Shown here piece after piece: positions 29,550 to 40,910 of a DNA stretch of 64,000 nucleotides; position 1 is the first letter of the stretch; each line of letters opens with the position of its first letter. Source of the stretch: Nitrospinaceae bacterium (GTDB lineage Bacteria > Nitrospinota > Nitrospinia > Nitrospinales > Nitrospinaceae); the NCBI GenBank assembly GCA_965223665.1, contig OZ245011.1, positions 416,001-480,000 of the forward strand. The letters run 5' to 3'. The notes beneath the pieces were generated by a model. It saw only the letters and a list, made by a program, of their open reading frames with translations, searched no databases and was not told the origin of the DNA. The position numbers and the translations under genes were made by a program.

Positions 29550-29912
29550 AAATTTTAATTTGTAAGAATAGGAATATTTAATGAATTTCTGGTAGTTCCT
29601 TTAAATTTAAATTCGTGATCGGATATAAAAAAGATCAATTTAACAAAATTGAACTTGATTCATTGGCCTTAATTTTAATATTTGATTGGCAAATAAAGGA
29701 TTAAAAATGAATTTTAAGAGTTATTTTATATATTTTTTAAGCCACTTTTAGTCAAATAAATACATACAATATAACAATTCTGTGGATAATGGCTCAAGAA
29801 AGTGTTTATTTTTGATTTTTTAGGGCAAATTATGTCTTTACAAAAACTGTGGTTTTTTTAAAATATGCGGTTTGAACTTGAATTCCCACAACCATTGAAC
29901 CGGGATTAAATT

Positions 29913-30806
29913 ATGGTAGATACCCAGGAATTAATAAAAGAAAGTTTGGATATTGAAAATAGCCAATTAGACTTGCGTGAAAAAGAGTTAAAGGACGAAT
30001 CACTCATCGAAATAATGAAAAGTGATCAGATAAAAGGAGTCACTGCGCTATTTTTAGAATTTAATGAAATAGGAGATGAGGGAATTCAAGCTATCTTAGA
30101 TTGTCCTCAAATGAAAAATTTGACAGTTTTGAATTTATTTAAAAACAATGTTTCAGATGACGGCTTAAAAGCCCTGGTAAATTCCAAATCCATGTTGAAT
30201 TTATCTGAACTCATTTTGAGTGACAATAATATTACGGTTGAAGGGGCTAAAGCATTAGCTCAATCTCCAATAATGGGTAACCTGGTTTCGCTATGGATTG
30301 GGGATTCATTAGGTGACGAGGGTGTTGAAGCCATTTCCGCATCTGAAACTTTAACTCGATTAAACTTATTGTCCCTATATCGCAACAATATAGGAAATGA
30401 GGGAGCCAAGGCCATTGCTCAATCAAAAAACCTATCAAAACTTACTGAGTTGAATTTGAATTGGAATTATTTAGAAGGTGAGGGTGTGGAAGCGCTGTCT
30501 AACTCTGAAACTTTAAAAAATTTAAAACAATTGACTCTTACTTACAATCCTATTGGAGATCAAGGGGCAAAGGCAATTGCTAACTCAGAAACCTTGAAAA
30601 ACCTAACTCTATTAGATTTATATGAAACTGAGATTGGAGATGAAGGAGCCAAGGCCATTGCTCAATCAAAAAACTTGTCAAAATTAGAATCCTTAGTTCT
30701 AATTCATAATGATATAAGTGAAGATGTTCAAGAAATGATTAAAAACTCCGAAAATCTTCCTAATTTGAAGAATGTAATCTTTCGCATTGCCCCTTCTGAA
30801 GAATAA
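29913..30806 (+). CDS. Leucine-rich repeat protein (27-aa RI/GALA-like repeats), no signal peptide
   Basis: Repeated LxxLxLxxNxIGDEGAKAIAxS. Confidence 0.9.
   Translation: MVDTQELIKESLDIENSQLDLREKELKDESLIEIMKSDQIKGVTALFLEFNEIGDEGIQAILDCPQMKNLTVLNLFKNNVSDDGLKALVNSKSMLNLSELILSDNNITVEGAKALAQSPIMGNLVSLWIGDSLGDEGVEAISASETLTRLNLLSLYRNNIGNEGAKAIAQSKNLSKLTELNLNWNYLEGEGVEALSNSETLKNLKQLTLTYNPIGDQGAKAIANSETLKNLTLLDLYETEIGDEGAKAIAQSKNLSKLESLVLIHNDISEDVQEMIKNSENLPNLKNVIFRIAPSEE
30402..30674 (+). repeat. Exact 30-bp direct repeat within the LRR gene
   Basis: GGAGCCAAGGCCATTGCTCAATCAAAAAAC at 30402-30431 and 30645-30674; offset 243 bp = 3 x 27 aa. Confidence 0.85.
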
Positions 30807-30860
30807 AGAATAGAATGGTCCCTTCCTAGCATTTTTTCGGTTTAATGGAGTTTTGATCCT

Positions 30861-31697
30861 ATGTTTACTGGCGAAAAACCTGATTTAATGGATATTTGGG
30901 CATTCGGCCCTGACAATATTTATGTTGTGGGAAAGGATGGAATCCCTCAGCACTATGATGGGGAGTTTTGGACACCCGTTCGCACTAACAATACAAATCC
31001 TTTAATGGGTATTTGGGCGGCGCATGAAAAGTGTATTTATGCGGTGGGTATTGGTGGTGTGGTTCTCCATTATAACGGAAAAGAATGGGTTCAAATTGAT
31101 ACAGGTAATTATGATTCCCTTAATTCTGTTTATGGTTACCATGAGAATGAAATGTTTATTTTCGGAGTGGGAGGAAGAGTATTATTTTGGAATGGAAAAA
31201 GTTGGGAATACCGGGAGCCTAATACAATCCACGATTTATTTGGATTTTGGGGGGAAGACATCAATCGAATCTACGCAGTTGGCGGGGAGGGAATTTTTAG
31301 ATTCTATAACGGAAAAACCTTTGAACGCCGAGAAGAATTGACCGATGAGCAAATTTCTCTTTATGGAGTATGGGGATCACATACAAACAGTGTTTATGTG
31401 GTAGGGTCTAGTGGAACCATTCTTCATTTTAATGGTGAAGAATGGGAAACAATGGATTCTGGAACTGAGGAATACCTACTCAGTATTTGGGGAATCACTG
31501 ATGATAATATTTATGCTGTTGGTGATGAATGCACTCTTCTCCATTATGATGGAAATAAATGGAATTCTATTGAGCCTATTTGTAAAGAATACTTTACTAA
31601 GGTAAGAGGTTTGGGTCCGGATCAAATTTATGTGTGTGGAGAAAATGGTTGTGTTATGCGTTTTGACGGTAAGGAATGGATTGATGTTTCAATATAA
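30861..31697 (+). CDS. Beta-propeller repeat protein (~7 x 39-aa blades)
   Basis: Repeat LxxIWGxxxxxIYAVGxxGxILHYdGxxW; SD GGAG. Confidence 0.8.
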   Translation: MFTGEKPDLMDIWAFGPDNIYVVGKDGIPQHYDGEFWTPVRTNNTNPLMGIWAAHEKCIYAVGIGGVVLHYNGKEWVQIDTGNYDSLNSVYGYHENEMFIFGVGGRVLFWNGKSWEYREPNTIHDLFGFWGEDINRIYAVGGEGIFRFYNGKTFERREELTDEQISLYGVWGSHTNSVYVVGSSGTILHFNGEEWETMDSGTEEYLLSIWGITDDNIYAVGDECTLLHYDGNKWNSIEPICKEYFTKVRGLGPDQIYVCGENGCVMRFDGKEWIDVSI

Positions 31698-31741
31698 TTA
31701 TTTTCTTGGTTTAGGTCCGATATAAGATAAAAGGAATATTC

Positions 31742-32575
31742 ATGGAGCGTTTAACTAGTAGTCATTTATTGTCCATATATGGTTTTAATGAAAACGATGT
31801 GTTTGTAGGTGGAGCGGAAGGCACCATTCTTCACTTTGATGGAAAGTCATGGTCATCAATGGATTCCGGTGGGCGCTGGACAGTAAAAAGAATGTGGGGA
31901 ACCTCCCATGACAATTTATATGGTGTATGCACTGACGGAAAAATTTTAAAATATGATGGGGAAAAATGGACTCCTGAAGATACAGAGAGTTTTCCTCCCA
32001 TGTCCGGTATTTGGGGTTTAGGTCCTGATGAAATTTATGTGTGCACTCGTTTGGGTAAAATTTCACGGTTTGATGGTACTAAATGGAAGTTTATGCAATC
32101 TGGAACCAATAATGATGTTGCGGCGCTTTGGGGAAGTCAGGAGGCAGGTCTCTACGCAGTAGGATTTGATGGTTTGTTCCTTCGTTATTTAAAGGAGGAA
32201 GATCGTTGGATGAGATTAACATTTAATTCAAATGCTGAATTGTACAGCATCTATGGATTTAGCCCTGATAAAATTTACTTTTGTGGATCTGATGGTGTTT
32301 TAGTTCATTTTAATGGATCGGAATTTAAAGAGTTGCCTTCTCCAAGTCAGGATTTTTTTCTCGATATCTGGGGACCGAATGAAGAATTTTTATTTGCAGT
32401 AGGTGACGAGGGAATGATCCTCATGTTAGATGGTGATCAATGGACACGGATTGAATCCAATACTCAGGAATACCTAACTGCCATTTGGGGAACTTCAGAA
32501 GAGAATATGTACGCCGTAGGAGATAATGGCCTTATCCTTCATTTTAATGGGGAGGATTGGAAAGAGGTGAATTGA
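31742..32575 (+). CDS. Beta-propeller repeat protein, paralog of 30861-31697
   Basis: Same ~39-aa repeat and similar length (277 aa). Confidence 0.8.
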   Translation: MERLTSSHLLSIYGFNENDVFVGGAEGTILHFDGKSWSSMDSGGRWTVKRMWGTSHDNLYGVCTDGKILKYDGEKWTPEDTESFPPMSGIWGLGPDEIYVCTRLGKISRFDGTKWKFMQSGTNNDVAALWGSQEAGLYAVGFDGLFLRYLKEEDRWMRLTFNSNAELYSIYGFSPDKIYFCGSDGVLVHFNGSEFKELPSPSQDFFLDIWGPNEEFLFAVGDEGMILMLDGDQWTRIESNTQEYLTAIWGTSEENMYAVGDNGLILHFNGEDWKEVN

Positions 32576-32737
32576 GAGTTTTTCGGTTCCGAATTACTAA
32601 GTATTAGCTTCCCTTTTTATATCAAATCCTATTCAAATTTAATCCTTCCAAAAAACGTCCTTCCAATAATTTTTGGTGCCATTTTTTTTGTTTTTGCCGA
32701 GCTTTATTAATAGGGTTTTCCTTAATATTCAATCTCC

Positions 32738-32767
32738 TTGACACCTTGCAAAACAAAATGTTAATGT
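32738..32767 (+). promoter_or_regulatory. Putative sigma70 promoter of the trp operon
   Basis: TTGACA at 32738-32743 followed by TG-T-TAATGT at 32759-32767. Confidence 0.5.
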
Positions 32768-32845
32768 CCTAAAATTAGGCACAAAATGAATAATTTTTCT
32801 ATTTAAGGTTGCCCAGCTAGTTTGTTTTTTCTGGGCTTTTTTTCT

Positions 32846-34342
32846 ATGGTTTATAAACCCAACTTTGAAGACTTTAAAGCAAAAGTTAAAGAAGGAAACC
32901 TGATTCCTGTTTATAAGGAAATTTTAGCTGATTTAGATACTCCTGTTTCTGCTTATATGAAAATTGCCAATCAAGGTTTCTCCTTTCTTCTGGAAAGTAT
33001 TGAAGGTGGGGACAAATGGGCCAGGTATTGTTTTTTGGGTTGCGGTCCTTCAACCGTAATAAGTACCAAAGGTAATACCGTTACTATTGATACCAGGGGA
33101 AAAAGCAGAACTGAGCCATTAAAAGATAAGAATCCTTTAAAAGTTTTAAAGAAACTATTATCCGAATATCAGCCGGTACAGGACGAGGGTTTACCAAGAT
33201 TCTCTGGAGGGGCAGTGGGATATATTGGTTATGATATGGTTCGCTACTTTGAGGATTTGCCAGAGGATACAGAGGATGATTTAGACCTGCCTGAATCCAT
33301 TTTTGTTATCACCGACACAATTTTAATTTTTGATAATGTGACTCATAAAATCAAAATTGTTTCTAATGCTCATGTTAAAGGAGAGGATTTAGAAAAAACT
33401 TATAAAGAAACCATTTCCAAAATTGAAGCTTTAGAGCAGAAACTTAAACAAGGGTTACCAAAATCTGAATTTTCGGATTCAAGTGACAATGCGGGTGACT
33501 CTCCTCCTATGACCTCAAATTTTGAAGAAGAAAAATTTAAGGAAGCAGTACTGAAGGCAAAGGAATATATTTTAGAGGGAGATGCAATTCAAATTGTTTT
33601 GTCTCAGAGATTAAAATTCCAGGTGAATCAGGACCCTTTTACAATTTATCGGGCGCTTAGAACTATTAATCCGTCCCCTTATATGTATTTTTTAAATTTT
33701 GGGGAATTGCAAGTTGTGGGGTCTTCACCTGAAGTATTGGTTCGCTTGGAAGGTGAAGAAGTTCAAGTGAGACCAATTGCTGGTACTAGAAAGCGTGGGC
33801 AAAATGAGGAAGAAGATGTCGCATTAGAACAGGACCTTCTTGGGGATGAAAAAGAGTTGTCCGAGCATATTATGTTGGTCGATTTAGGGCGCAATGATTT
33901 AGGCCGTATTTCACAGGTAGGTTCAGTTAATGTTAATGAGCAATTCACAATAGAAAGGTATTCCCATGTAATGCATATTGTTTCTAATGTGAAGGGAGTT
34001 TTAAAAGAAGGGTTGGATTGCTTTGATGTTTTGGAGGCTGCATTTCCTGCGGGAACAGTATCGGGTGCTCCTAAAATTCGTGCGATGGAGATCATTGAGG
34101 AATTGGAGCCTACACGTAGGGGGCTTTACGCCGGGTCGGTTGGTTATATTAGTTTTAATGGAAATATGGATACTGCTATTGCAATTCGAACTTTGTTGGT
34201 TAAAGGGAATACGGCTTATTTAGGGGTAGGAGCGGGAATTGTAGCAGATTCAATTCCTCAAAACGAGTTTGAGGAAACTATGAATAAAGGAAAAGCATTA
34301 TTAAAAGCGATTGATTTGGCAGAAAAGGGATTAATCGAATGA
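32846..34342 (+). CDS. trpE: Anthranilate synthase component I
   Basis: [53 protein letters not shown]. Confidence 0.96.
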   Translation: MVYKPNFEDFKAKVKEGNLIPVYKEILADLDTPVSAYMKIANQGFSFLLESIEGGDKWARYCFLGCGPSTVISTKGNTVTIDTRGKSRTEPLKDKNPLKVLKKLLSEYQPVQDEGLPRFSGGAVGYIGYDMVRYFEDLPEDTEDDLDLPESIFVITDTILIFDNVTHKIKIVSNAHVKGEDLEKTYKETISKIEALEQKLKQGLPKSEFSDSSDNAGDSPPMTSNFEEEKFKEAVLKAKEYILEGDAIQIVLSQRLKFQVNQDPFTIYRALRTINPSPYMYFLNFGELQVVGSSPEVLVRLEGEEVQVRPIAGTRKRGQNEEEDVALEQDLLGDEKELSEHIMLVDLGRNDLGRISQVGSVNVNEQFTIERYSHVMHIVSNVKGVLKEGLDCFDVLEAAFPAGTVSGAPKIRAMEIIEELEPTRRGLYAGSVGYISFNGNMDTAIAIRTLLVKGNTAYLGVGAGIVADSIPQNEFEETMNKGKALLKAIDLAEKGLIE

Positions 34343-34947
34343 TTTTGATGGTCGACAATTATGATTCGTTTACCTATAACCTGGTTCAATATTTAGGTGA
34401 ATTAGGCGCAGATATCCAAGTATATAGAAACGATAAAATTTCCGTGGAGGAAATCGAAAAACTCAGTCCTCAAAAAATTGTCATTTCCCCGGGCCCATGT
34501 ACACCCGTTAAGGCTGGAATTTCTAAAGAAGTTGTTAAGCATTTTTCAGGGAAGATTCCTATTTTAGGAGTTTGTCTTGGTCATCAATCTGTGGTGGAAT
34601 CTTTTGGTGGGGAAATAATTAAGGCGGATAAATTAATGCACGGTAAAACTTCGATGATATACCACGATGGTAAAACTCTTTTTAAAGGACTTCCCAACCC
34701 ATTTGAAGCGACGCGTTATCATTCATTAATAGTTAATAGAGATAACCTGCCGGACTGTTTTGAAATATCCGCAGAAACAAAAGAAAAAGAAATTATGGGT
34801 GTTCGTCATAAAGAGGTTATGGTTGAGGGAGTTCAATTTCACCCTGAATCCATATTGACTTCAGAAGGAAAAAATTTGTTAAAAAACTTTTTAGATTTAC
34901 CAATACAACCGGTAATGGCTCATGACAGCTCAGAAATATCTTCATAA
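34339..34947 (+). CDS. trpG: Anthranilate synthase component II (glutamine amidotransferase)
   Basis: [35 protein letters not shown]. Confidence 0.95.
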   Translation: MILMVDNYDSFTYNLVQYLGELGADIQVYRNDKISVEEIEKLSPQKIVISPGPCTPVKAGISKEVVKHFSGKIPILGVCLGHQSVVESFGGEIIKADKLMHGKTSMIYHDGKTLFKGLPNPFEATRYHSLIVNRDNLPDCFEISAETKEKEIMGVRHKEVMVEGVQFHPESILTSEGKNLLKNFLDLPIQPVMAHDSSEISS

Positions 34948-35935
34948 AGTAGTTGAGGGCTGCGATCTTTCTGAAAATGAAATGGTTGAAATCATGACTT
35001 TGATTATGGAAGGAAAAGTAGACCGTACTTTGCTCGGCGCGTTTTTAACTGCTCTTTCTATTAAAGGAGAATCAGTGGAAGAGATTTCGGGTGCAGCAAA
35101 AGTGATGCGAAAAAAAGCAGAAACTTTGAAAGCTCCTGAAGGTTGTGTCATCGATACTTGTGGAACCGGTGGGGATGGGGCAAATACCTTTAATATATCT
35201 ACCACTGTGGCTTTTGTGGTAGCCGGTGCTGAAATAACGGTTGCCAAGCATGGGAATCGTGCCATATCCAGTAAATCTGGGAGTGCGGATGTCTTAAAAA
35301 GTTTAGGGGTCAATATTGAAGCGGATAAATCCATTGTAGAAAAATGTTTGAATCAAATTGGAATTGGTTTTCTTTTTGCCCCAGCTATGCATAAAGCTAT
35401 GAAACATGCGGCGGATGTTCGACGTGAGTTGGGTTTTCGCACAATTTTTAATTTGCTGGGTCCGTTAACGAACCCGGCTAAGGTAAAGAATCAGGTTATT
35501 GGAGTATTTGACAAAAAATGGACGTTTCCTGTAGCGAAAGTTCTGAAAAACTTAGGAAGTCAAAGAGCTTATGTTGTTCATGGGGAGGATGGGTTAGATG
35601 AAATTACATTAACAACTAAAACAAAAGTTTGTTATTTAAATAATAATGAAATAAAAGAGTTTTATTTAGACCCGGAGAAAGAGAAATTTCCCCTATGTGA
35701 CCCTGAGGACTTAAAAGGTGGAACTGCTGAAGAGAATGCCGAAATAATAAAAGAGATTTTACAAGGGAGAGAAGGTCCAAAAGCAGATATTGTTTTATTA
35801 AATGCTGGAGCTGCTATCGAGGTTGCTGGTAAGGCGGATTCGCTATCTGATGGAATTATGGTTGCTAGAAAATCTATTAATACCGGAGCAGCAATGCAAA
35901 AATTAAATGACCTTTGTCGATTGAGTCATTCATAG
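34922..35935 (+). CDS. trpD: Anthranilate phosphoribosyltransferase
   Basis: [38 protein letters not shown]. Confidence 0.96.
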   Translation: MTAQKYLHKVVEGCDLSENEMVEIMTLIMEGKVDRTLLGAFLTALSIKGESVEEISGAAKVMRKKAETLKAPEGCVIDTCGTGGDGANTFNISTTVAFVVAGAEITVAKHGNRAISSKSGSADVLKSLGVNIEADKSIVEKCLNQIGIGFLFAPAMHKAMKHAADVRRELGFRTIFNLLGPLTNPAKVKNQVIGVFDKKWTFPVAKVLKNLGSQRAYVVHGEDGLDEITLTTKTKVCYLNNNEIKEFYLDPEKEKFPLCDPEDLKGGTAEENAEIIKEILQGREGPKADIVLLNAGAAIEVAGKADSLSDGIMVARKSINTGAAMQKLNDLCRLSHS

Positions 35936-35944
35936 GAAATTATT

Positions 35945-36757
35945 ATGGCAAATATATTAGATCAAATTTTTGAATATAAAGTAGAGGAAGTTTCAACCTC
36001 GAAAAGGACAGTTCCACTTGTCGAATTGAAAGATAAAATTGAATCACAAAGACCCCCTCTTGATGTAATTGAAACGTTAAGGGACGAGAAAAAAGGTTCG
36101 CGAATAATTGCTGAAATTAAACGGAGAACTCCTTTTAAGGGAGAATTAATTAAGGAGTTCGATGCTGAATCCATTGCACGGACATACATGGAGCATGGAG
36201 CTTCTGCTATATCCATATTGACAGATTCCAAGTTTTTTGGGGGAAGCTTGCAGGACTTTGAAAACATTTCAAAAGAAACTTCTGTTCCATTATTAAGAAA
36301 AGATTTCATCCTCTCTGAGTATCAGGTTTACGAATCCCGAGCTTCCGGGGCAGATTTTTTTCTTTTAATTGCCACTTCATTAGAAAAAAACCATTTGTCT
36401 GATTTGCTTGCGTTAGGAAAAGAATTGGGGCTGGTTGCCTTAATAGAAACACACAACGAAAAGGATGTTGAAAAAGCATTTTATGCTGGAGCAACATTAT
36501 TGGGTATCAATAACAGGGATCTGACATCAGGTAAAACCAACTTGGATGTTTCGCGCAGGTTATTGAAAATGGTCAGTCAAGTTGAAGGTTTGCTGTTAGT
36601 ATGTGAGAGTGGAATTAAATCTAAATCTGAGATAGAAGAATTTGAAGGACTTGGAATGGATGCCTTTCTCATTGGAGAAAGTTTGATGACGGCAGAGAAT
36701 CGCTCCGAAAAATTAAAGGAATTAGTTGGAAATGCCAAAAAGCCAACCGTCAGTTAG
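35945..36757 (+). CDS. trpC: Indole-3-glycerol phosphate synthase
   Basis: IIAEIKRRTP, ISILTD, LRKDFI, GINNRDL, ESGI, LIGESLM. Confidence 0.95.
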   Translation: MANILDQIFEYKVEEVSTSKRTVPLVELKDKIESQRPPLDVIETLRDEKKGSRIIAEIKRRTPFKGELIKEFDAESIARTYMEHGASAISILTDSKFFGGSLQDFENISKETSVPLLRKDFILSEYQVYESRASGADFFLLIATSLEKNHLSDLLALGKELGLVALIETHNEKDVEKAFYAGATLLGINNRDLTSGKTNLDVSRRLLKMVSQVEGLLLVCESGIKSKSEIEEFEGLGMDAFLIGESLMTAENRSEKLKELVGNAKKPTVS

Positions 36758-37364
36758 GGTCAAAGTTTGTGGTATGACAAACCTTGAAGATACTTTGCAG
36801 GCAGTTCAATTAGGAGTCGATGCCGTTGGATTTATTTTCTATAAAAAGAGTCCTCGTTACGTTTCCGACCGGATAGTAAAAAAAATTGTCAATGTACTGC
36901 CCCCTTTTGTAATGAAGGTGGGAGTATTTGTAAATGAATCATTGGAGCAAATAAATAAAAGGATAGAATCTTGTGGGTTGAATTTGGTTCAATTGCATGG
37001 AGATGAACCTCCAGGATTTTCTAAAAAGATTAATAGCCAGGTAATTAAGTCTTTTCGTGTGCAAAATACTGATTCTCTGACCGGATTATCCAAATATCCA
37101 GTGCAAGGATACTTATTGGATTCTTTTAAAGAGGGACAGTGGGGTGGAACCGGTAAAACATTTAATTGGAACTTAGCTAAAAAAGCCAAAAAATATGGAT
37201 CAATTATTTTAGCGGGTGGGCTTGACCCCTCCAATGTTCAAGAAGCTATTAAAAAAGTTCAACCCTATGGTGTGGACGTTTGCTCTGGTGTTGAGAAATC
37301 GCCAGGCAAGAAGGATTTTAAAAAAGTCCAACAGTTTATTGAAGCGGTACGTAAAGTTTCATAA
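36732..37364 (+). CDS. trpF: Phosphoribosylanthranilate isomerase
   Basis: [40 protein letters not shown]. Confidence 0.95.
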   Translation: MPKSQPSVRVKVCGMTNLEDTLQAVQLGVDAVGFIFYKKSPRYVSDRIVKKIVNVLPPFVMKVGVFVNESLEQINKRIESCGLNLVQLHGDEPPGFSKKINSQVIKSFRVQNTDSLTGLSKYPVQGYLLDSFKEGQWGGTGKTFNWNLAKKAKKYGSIILAGGLDPSNVQEAIKKVQPYGVDVCSGVEKSPGKKDFKKVQQFIEAVRKVS

Positions 37365-37374
37365 GGAGAAATAT

Positions 37375-38577
37375 ATGCAACAAACAACAATGCTTCCAGA
37401 CTCATCAGGGCACTTTGGCCAGTTTGGGGGGAAGTATGTCATAGAAACTTTAATGCCTGCTTTAAAGGAGTTAGAGCGGATTTATTATGAAGCGAAGCAG
37501 GATCCAAAATTTCAAGAGCAAGTAAAGTTTTATTGGAAGCAATATGTAGGTAGGCCTTCTCCTTTATATTTTGCTAAGAACTTAACCCAACAACTTGGTG
37601 GTGCTCAAATCTACCTCAAACGAGAAGATTTGAATCATACGGGTGCTCATAAGATTAATCAAACCATTGGCGGAGCATTATTGGCATTACGAATGGGCAA
37701 AAAACGGGTGATTGCCGAAACGGGTGCGGGTCAGCATGGTGTTGCTACGGCCACGGCGGCTGCATTGTTTGATTTAGAATGCGATGTTTTTATGGGGGAA
37801 GAAGATATTCGCCGACAGGCTTTAAATGTTTTTCGTATGAAATTATTAGGAGCAAATGTTATTCCGGTTTCTTCCGGAACCCGCACTCTTAAGGACGCCA
37901 CCAGTGAGGCCATTAGAAATTGGATCACTACCGTAGAAACTACTCATTATATTATTGGTTCAGTGGTGGGACCTCATCCCTATCCCATGATGGTAAGAGA
38001 CTTTCAAAGAATTATTGGAGATGAGGCCAGGGACCAGATTTTGGAATTAGCTGGTAAACTTCCGGATGCCTGTGTGGCATGTGTCGGGGGAGGAAGTAAT
38101 TCCATGGGATTATTCTATCCATTTATAAAAGATGAAGAAGTGAAATTAGTTGGTGTGGAGGCCGCTGGCCTTGGTATTGAAACTGGAAAACACGGAGCCA
38201 CTTTAAGTCATGGAACCGTAGGGGTTTTACATGGGATGAAAAGTTATTTACTCCATAATGACGACGGACAAATTTGGGAAGCGCATTCAATTTCTGCAGG
38301 ATTGGATTACCCAGGAGTTGGGTGTGAGCATAGCTATTTAAGAGAAACTAATCGCGCAGAGTATGTTGCAATTACGGATGAGGAGGCGTTAGAGGGTTTT
38401 AAATTGCTTTCTCGATCAGAAGGGATAATTCCTGCTTTGGAATCTGCACATGCAATTGCTCATATTGTAAAAATGGCACCCAAAATGAAAAAAAATGAGA
38501 TAGTTATTGTATGTTTATCGGGTCGAGGGGATAAAGATGTGAATCAGGTTGCAGAGCGAATTGGAGATGAATTGTGA
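37375..38577 (+). CDS. trpB: Tryptophan synthase beta chain
   Basis: [49 protein letters not shown] supports ATG 37375. Confidence 0.97.
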   Translation: MQQTTMLPDSSGHFGQFGGKYVIETLMPALKELERIYYEAKQDPKFQEQVKFYWKQYVGRPSPLYFAKNLTQQLGGAQIYLKREDLNHTGAHKINQTIGGALLALRMGKKRVIAETGAGQHGVATATAAALFDLECDVFMGEEDIRRQALNVFRMKLLGANVIPVSSGTRTLKDATSEAIRNWITTVETTHYIIGSVVGPHPYPMMVRDFQRIIGDEARDQILELAGKLPDACVACVGGGSNSMGLFYPFIKDEEVKLVGVEAAGLGIETGKHGATLSHGTVGVLHGMKSYLLHNDDGQIWEAHSISAGLDYPGVGCEHSYLRETNRAEYVAITDEEALEGFKLLSRSEGIIPALESAHAIAHIVKMAPKMKKNEIVIVCLSGRGDKDVNQVAERIGDEL

Positions 38578-39377
38578 GTCGTATTAAAAAACGATTTGAT
38601 TGGTTGGGTTCAAAAAATGAAAAGGCCTTGGTGGCTTTTATTACGGCAGGGGACCCTGATTTGCCCTCTACTCAAGAAATATTCTCGATAATTGAAGAAA
38701 ATGGTGCCGATATCATTGAACTAGGTGTCCCTTTTTCGGACCCATTAGCTGATGGTCCGGTAATTCAGGCTTCTTCTCAAAGATCATTAAAAGAAGGGAC
38801 GACATTAAAAAAAATTATCCAATTGGTAAGAGATATTCGAAAGGGTTCCCAGTTACCCATTGTATTGATGACTAGCTTTAATCCGGTGTTTGTATATGGT
38901 CAGCAGGAGTTTGTCGATGATGCTGTAGAGGCTGGCGTAGATGGTGTGATTGTCCCTGATTTACCCCCGGAAGAAGCTGCAGAATTTCAGAATAAAGCAG
39001 AAGCCAAGGGGTTAGATATGATTTATTTATTGGCCCCAACTAGCACAACAGAACGAATTGATATTATTTCAAAAAAGAGTAAAGGATTTATTTATTATAT
39101 CTCTGTTACAGGTGTCACAGGGATGAGAGATGGGCTTGCAACCAACTTGGAGAAAAAAGTAGATGGTGTTAAAAACGTTACCTCTCTTCCAATTTTAATT
39201 GGTTTTGGTATTTCTGGTCCCCAGCAGGCAAAAGAAGCCGCAAAAATTTCGGATGGCGTTATCGTTGGTAGTGCAATTGTAAAAATTATTGAACAAAATT
39301 CCGATCCAAAGATACGTTTAGAAAAATTGGGGAAATTTGTCAGACAAATAAAACAAGCTCTGATTGAGGGCAAGTGA
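38574..39377 (+). CDS. trpA: Tryptophan synthase alpha chain
   Basis: [42 protein letters not shown]. Confidence 0.97.
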   Translation: MSRIKKRFDWLGSKNEKALVAFITAGDPDLPSTQEIFSIIEENGADIIELGVPFSDPLADGPVIQASSQRSLKEGTTLKKIIQLVRDIRKGSQLPIVLMTSFNPVFVYGQQEFVDDAVEAGVDGVIVPDLPPEEAAEFQNKAEAKGLDMIYLLAPTSTTERIDIISKKSKGFIYYISVTGVTGMRDGLATNLEKKVDGVKNVTSLPILIGFGISGPQQAKEAAKISDGVIVGSAIVKIIEQNSDPKIRLEKLGKFVRQIKQALIEGK

Positions 39378-39394
39378 AAAGGGGCTAAAATAAC

Positions 39395-40078
39395 ATGGCC
39401 CCAAAGATTTCAGTAATCATTCCTGCATATAATGAAGAGGCCTCGCTACCTCTAGTTCTAAAAGACCTTCCTTGGAATATTCTTCACGAAGTCATTGTTG
39501 TTGATAATAACTCTTCTGATAAAACGTCACAGGTTGCTAAAGCAAATGGAGCCAAAGTTTTTTTGGAGAAAAGGCAGGGGTATGGTAGCGCATGCTTAAA
39601 AGGAATTTCCCAATTGGATTCTCCAAATATTGTGGTTTTTCTGGATGGTGATTTTAGTGATTATCCAGATGATATGGAAGAAATATTGAAACCAATTATT
39701 TCAGACCAAATGGATTTTGTTGTGGGAAGTCGAATGATTTTAAGAGAAAGCCGGAAAGCTTTACTTCCGCAAGCTCGGTATGGAAACTTACTGGCTGTGT
39801 TTCTTATACAACTATTTTTTGGCCACAAGTATACCGACTTGGGTCCTTTTCGTGCAATTCGATATGAGTCATTAATGAAAATTGGAATGCGGGATACCGA
39901 CTTTGGTTGGACTGTGGAAATGCAAATAAAAGCGGTTAAACAAAAATTGAAAATTACTGAAGTTCCAGTCCGGTATCGAACACGTATCGGTGTTTCCAAA
40001 ATAACTGGAACCTTAAAGGGGACTATATTGGCAGGTACAAAAATAATATACACCATTCTAAAATATTTGATAATCTAA
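39395..40078 (+). CDS. Glycosyltransferase family 2
   Basis: VIIPAYNEE, VVDNNSSD, GYGSAC, FLDGD, TDLGPFRAI. Confidence 0.92.
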   Translation: MAPKISVIIPAYNEEASLPLVLKDLPWNILHEVIVVDNNSSDKTSQVAKANGAKVFLEKRQGYGSACLKGISQLDSPNIVVFLDGDFSDYPDDMEEILKPIISDQMDFVVGSRMILRESRKALLPQARYGNLLAVFLIQLFFGHKYTDLGPFRAIRYESLMKIGMRDTDFGWTVEMQIKAVKQKLKITEVPVRYRTRIGVSKITGTLKGTILAGTKIIYTILKYLII

Positions 40079-40114
40079 CCCCTAATTTTTAAGGTTTTCC
40101 AAAGGTTGAATTTA

Positions 40115-40900
40115 ATGAAGAAATTTTTTGCATTTTTTCTCATTTTTGGGTTTGCAGCAATTGTGGGTTTTAACTCATCTGTTTATGCAGATGACTTGAA
40201 AAATTTAATTTTGGGTCGTTTGAGTGAGGATGGGACCACTTTGGATCTTAGTGGAAAGAGAATTAAAACCTCAGGCGCAATTCAACTTGCAAAAATGGAA
40301 GAATTGAAAAATGTGAAAATTTTGCTGCTTCAAGGAAACCAGATAAAACCTAAGGGGATGGAAGCTTTGGCTCAATCACCCTATCTTTCCAAAGTCGAGC
40401 AATTAGATTTGTGGGGAAATTTATTAGGAGACCTGGGGGTTCTGGCTTTAGTTGAATCAAAGCATCTTAACTCATTGAAAATATTAAAGATTTGGAAGAA
40501 TGAAATTAGTGAAGATGGAATCAGGTTATTGGCAGATTCACAACAGTTTCAAAAGTTAACCACTCTACTTTTGAATGACAATTTGATTACTCCCGAGGGA
40601 ATTAAATCTTTATCCCAATCAAAAGGATTTCCTAGTCTCAAAGTTTTAAGTATTTTTAGAAATGAAATTGGAGATGAAGGGGCTAGGCTTTTATCCGATT
40701 CTTCGAATTTCCAAAATTTGACCCACCTTTTTTTAGGCTTAAATAATATTACTGATAAGGGAGCTGTTGCTCTAATAAGTTCAAAAAATTTTCCTAACCT
40801 ACAAGTATTAGATTTAATTCAAAATTCTCTGGGTGAACCTACAATTAAAGCTATGTTCCAATTTAATCGGGACCGAAAAGTCCAAATTGTTATCCGTTAA
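40115..40900 (+). CDS. Secreted leucine-rich repeat protein
   Basis: Signal peptide ending VYA; 27-aa LRRs. Confidence 0.85.
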   Translation: MKKFFAFFLIFGFAAIVGFNSSVYADDLKNLILGRLSEDGTTLDLSGKRIKTSGAIQLAKMEELKNVKILLLQGNQIKPKGMEALAQSPYLSKVEQLDLWGNLLGDLGVLALVESKHLNSLKILKIWKNEISEDGIRLLADSQQFQKLTTLLLNDNLITPEGIKSLSQSKGFPSLKVLSIFRNEIGDEGARLLSDSSNFQNLTHLFLGLNNITDKGAVALISSKNFPNLQVLDLIQNSLGEPTIKAMFQFNRDRKVQIVIR

Positions 40901-40910
40901 CGAGGATCTC

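Noticed and set aside
29781-29789. Perfect DnaA box (TGTGGATAA) in the AT-rich divergent gap, as a sign of oriC
   Set aside because: Single box, no cluster and no dnaA/dnaN nearby; compatible with chance or a lone regulatory site.
37216-37374. N-terminal extensions in the ORF track (trpB here; also proA, the NHL gene, the HD protein and the downstream PilB paralog)
   Set aside because: They overlap upstream genes; downstream starts with better SD or family-typical N-termini exist.
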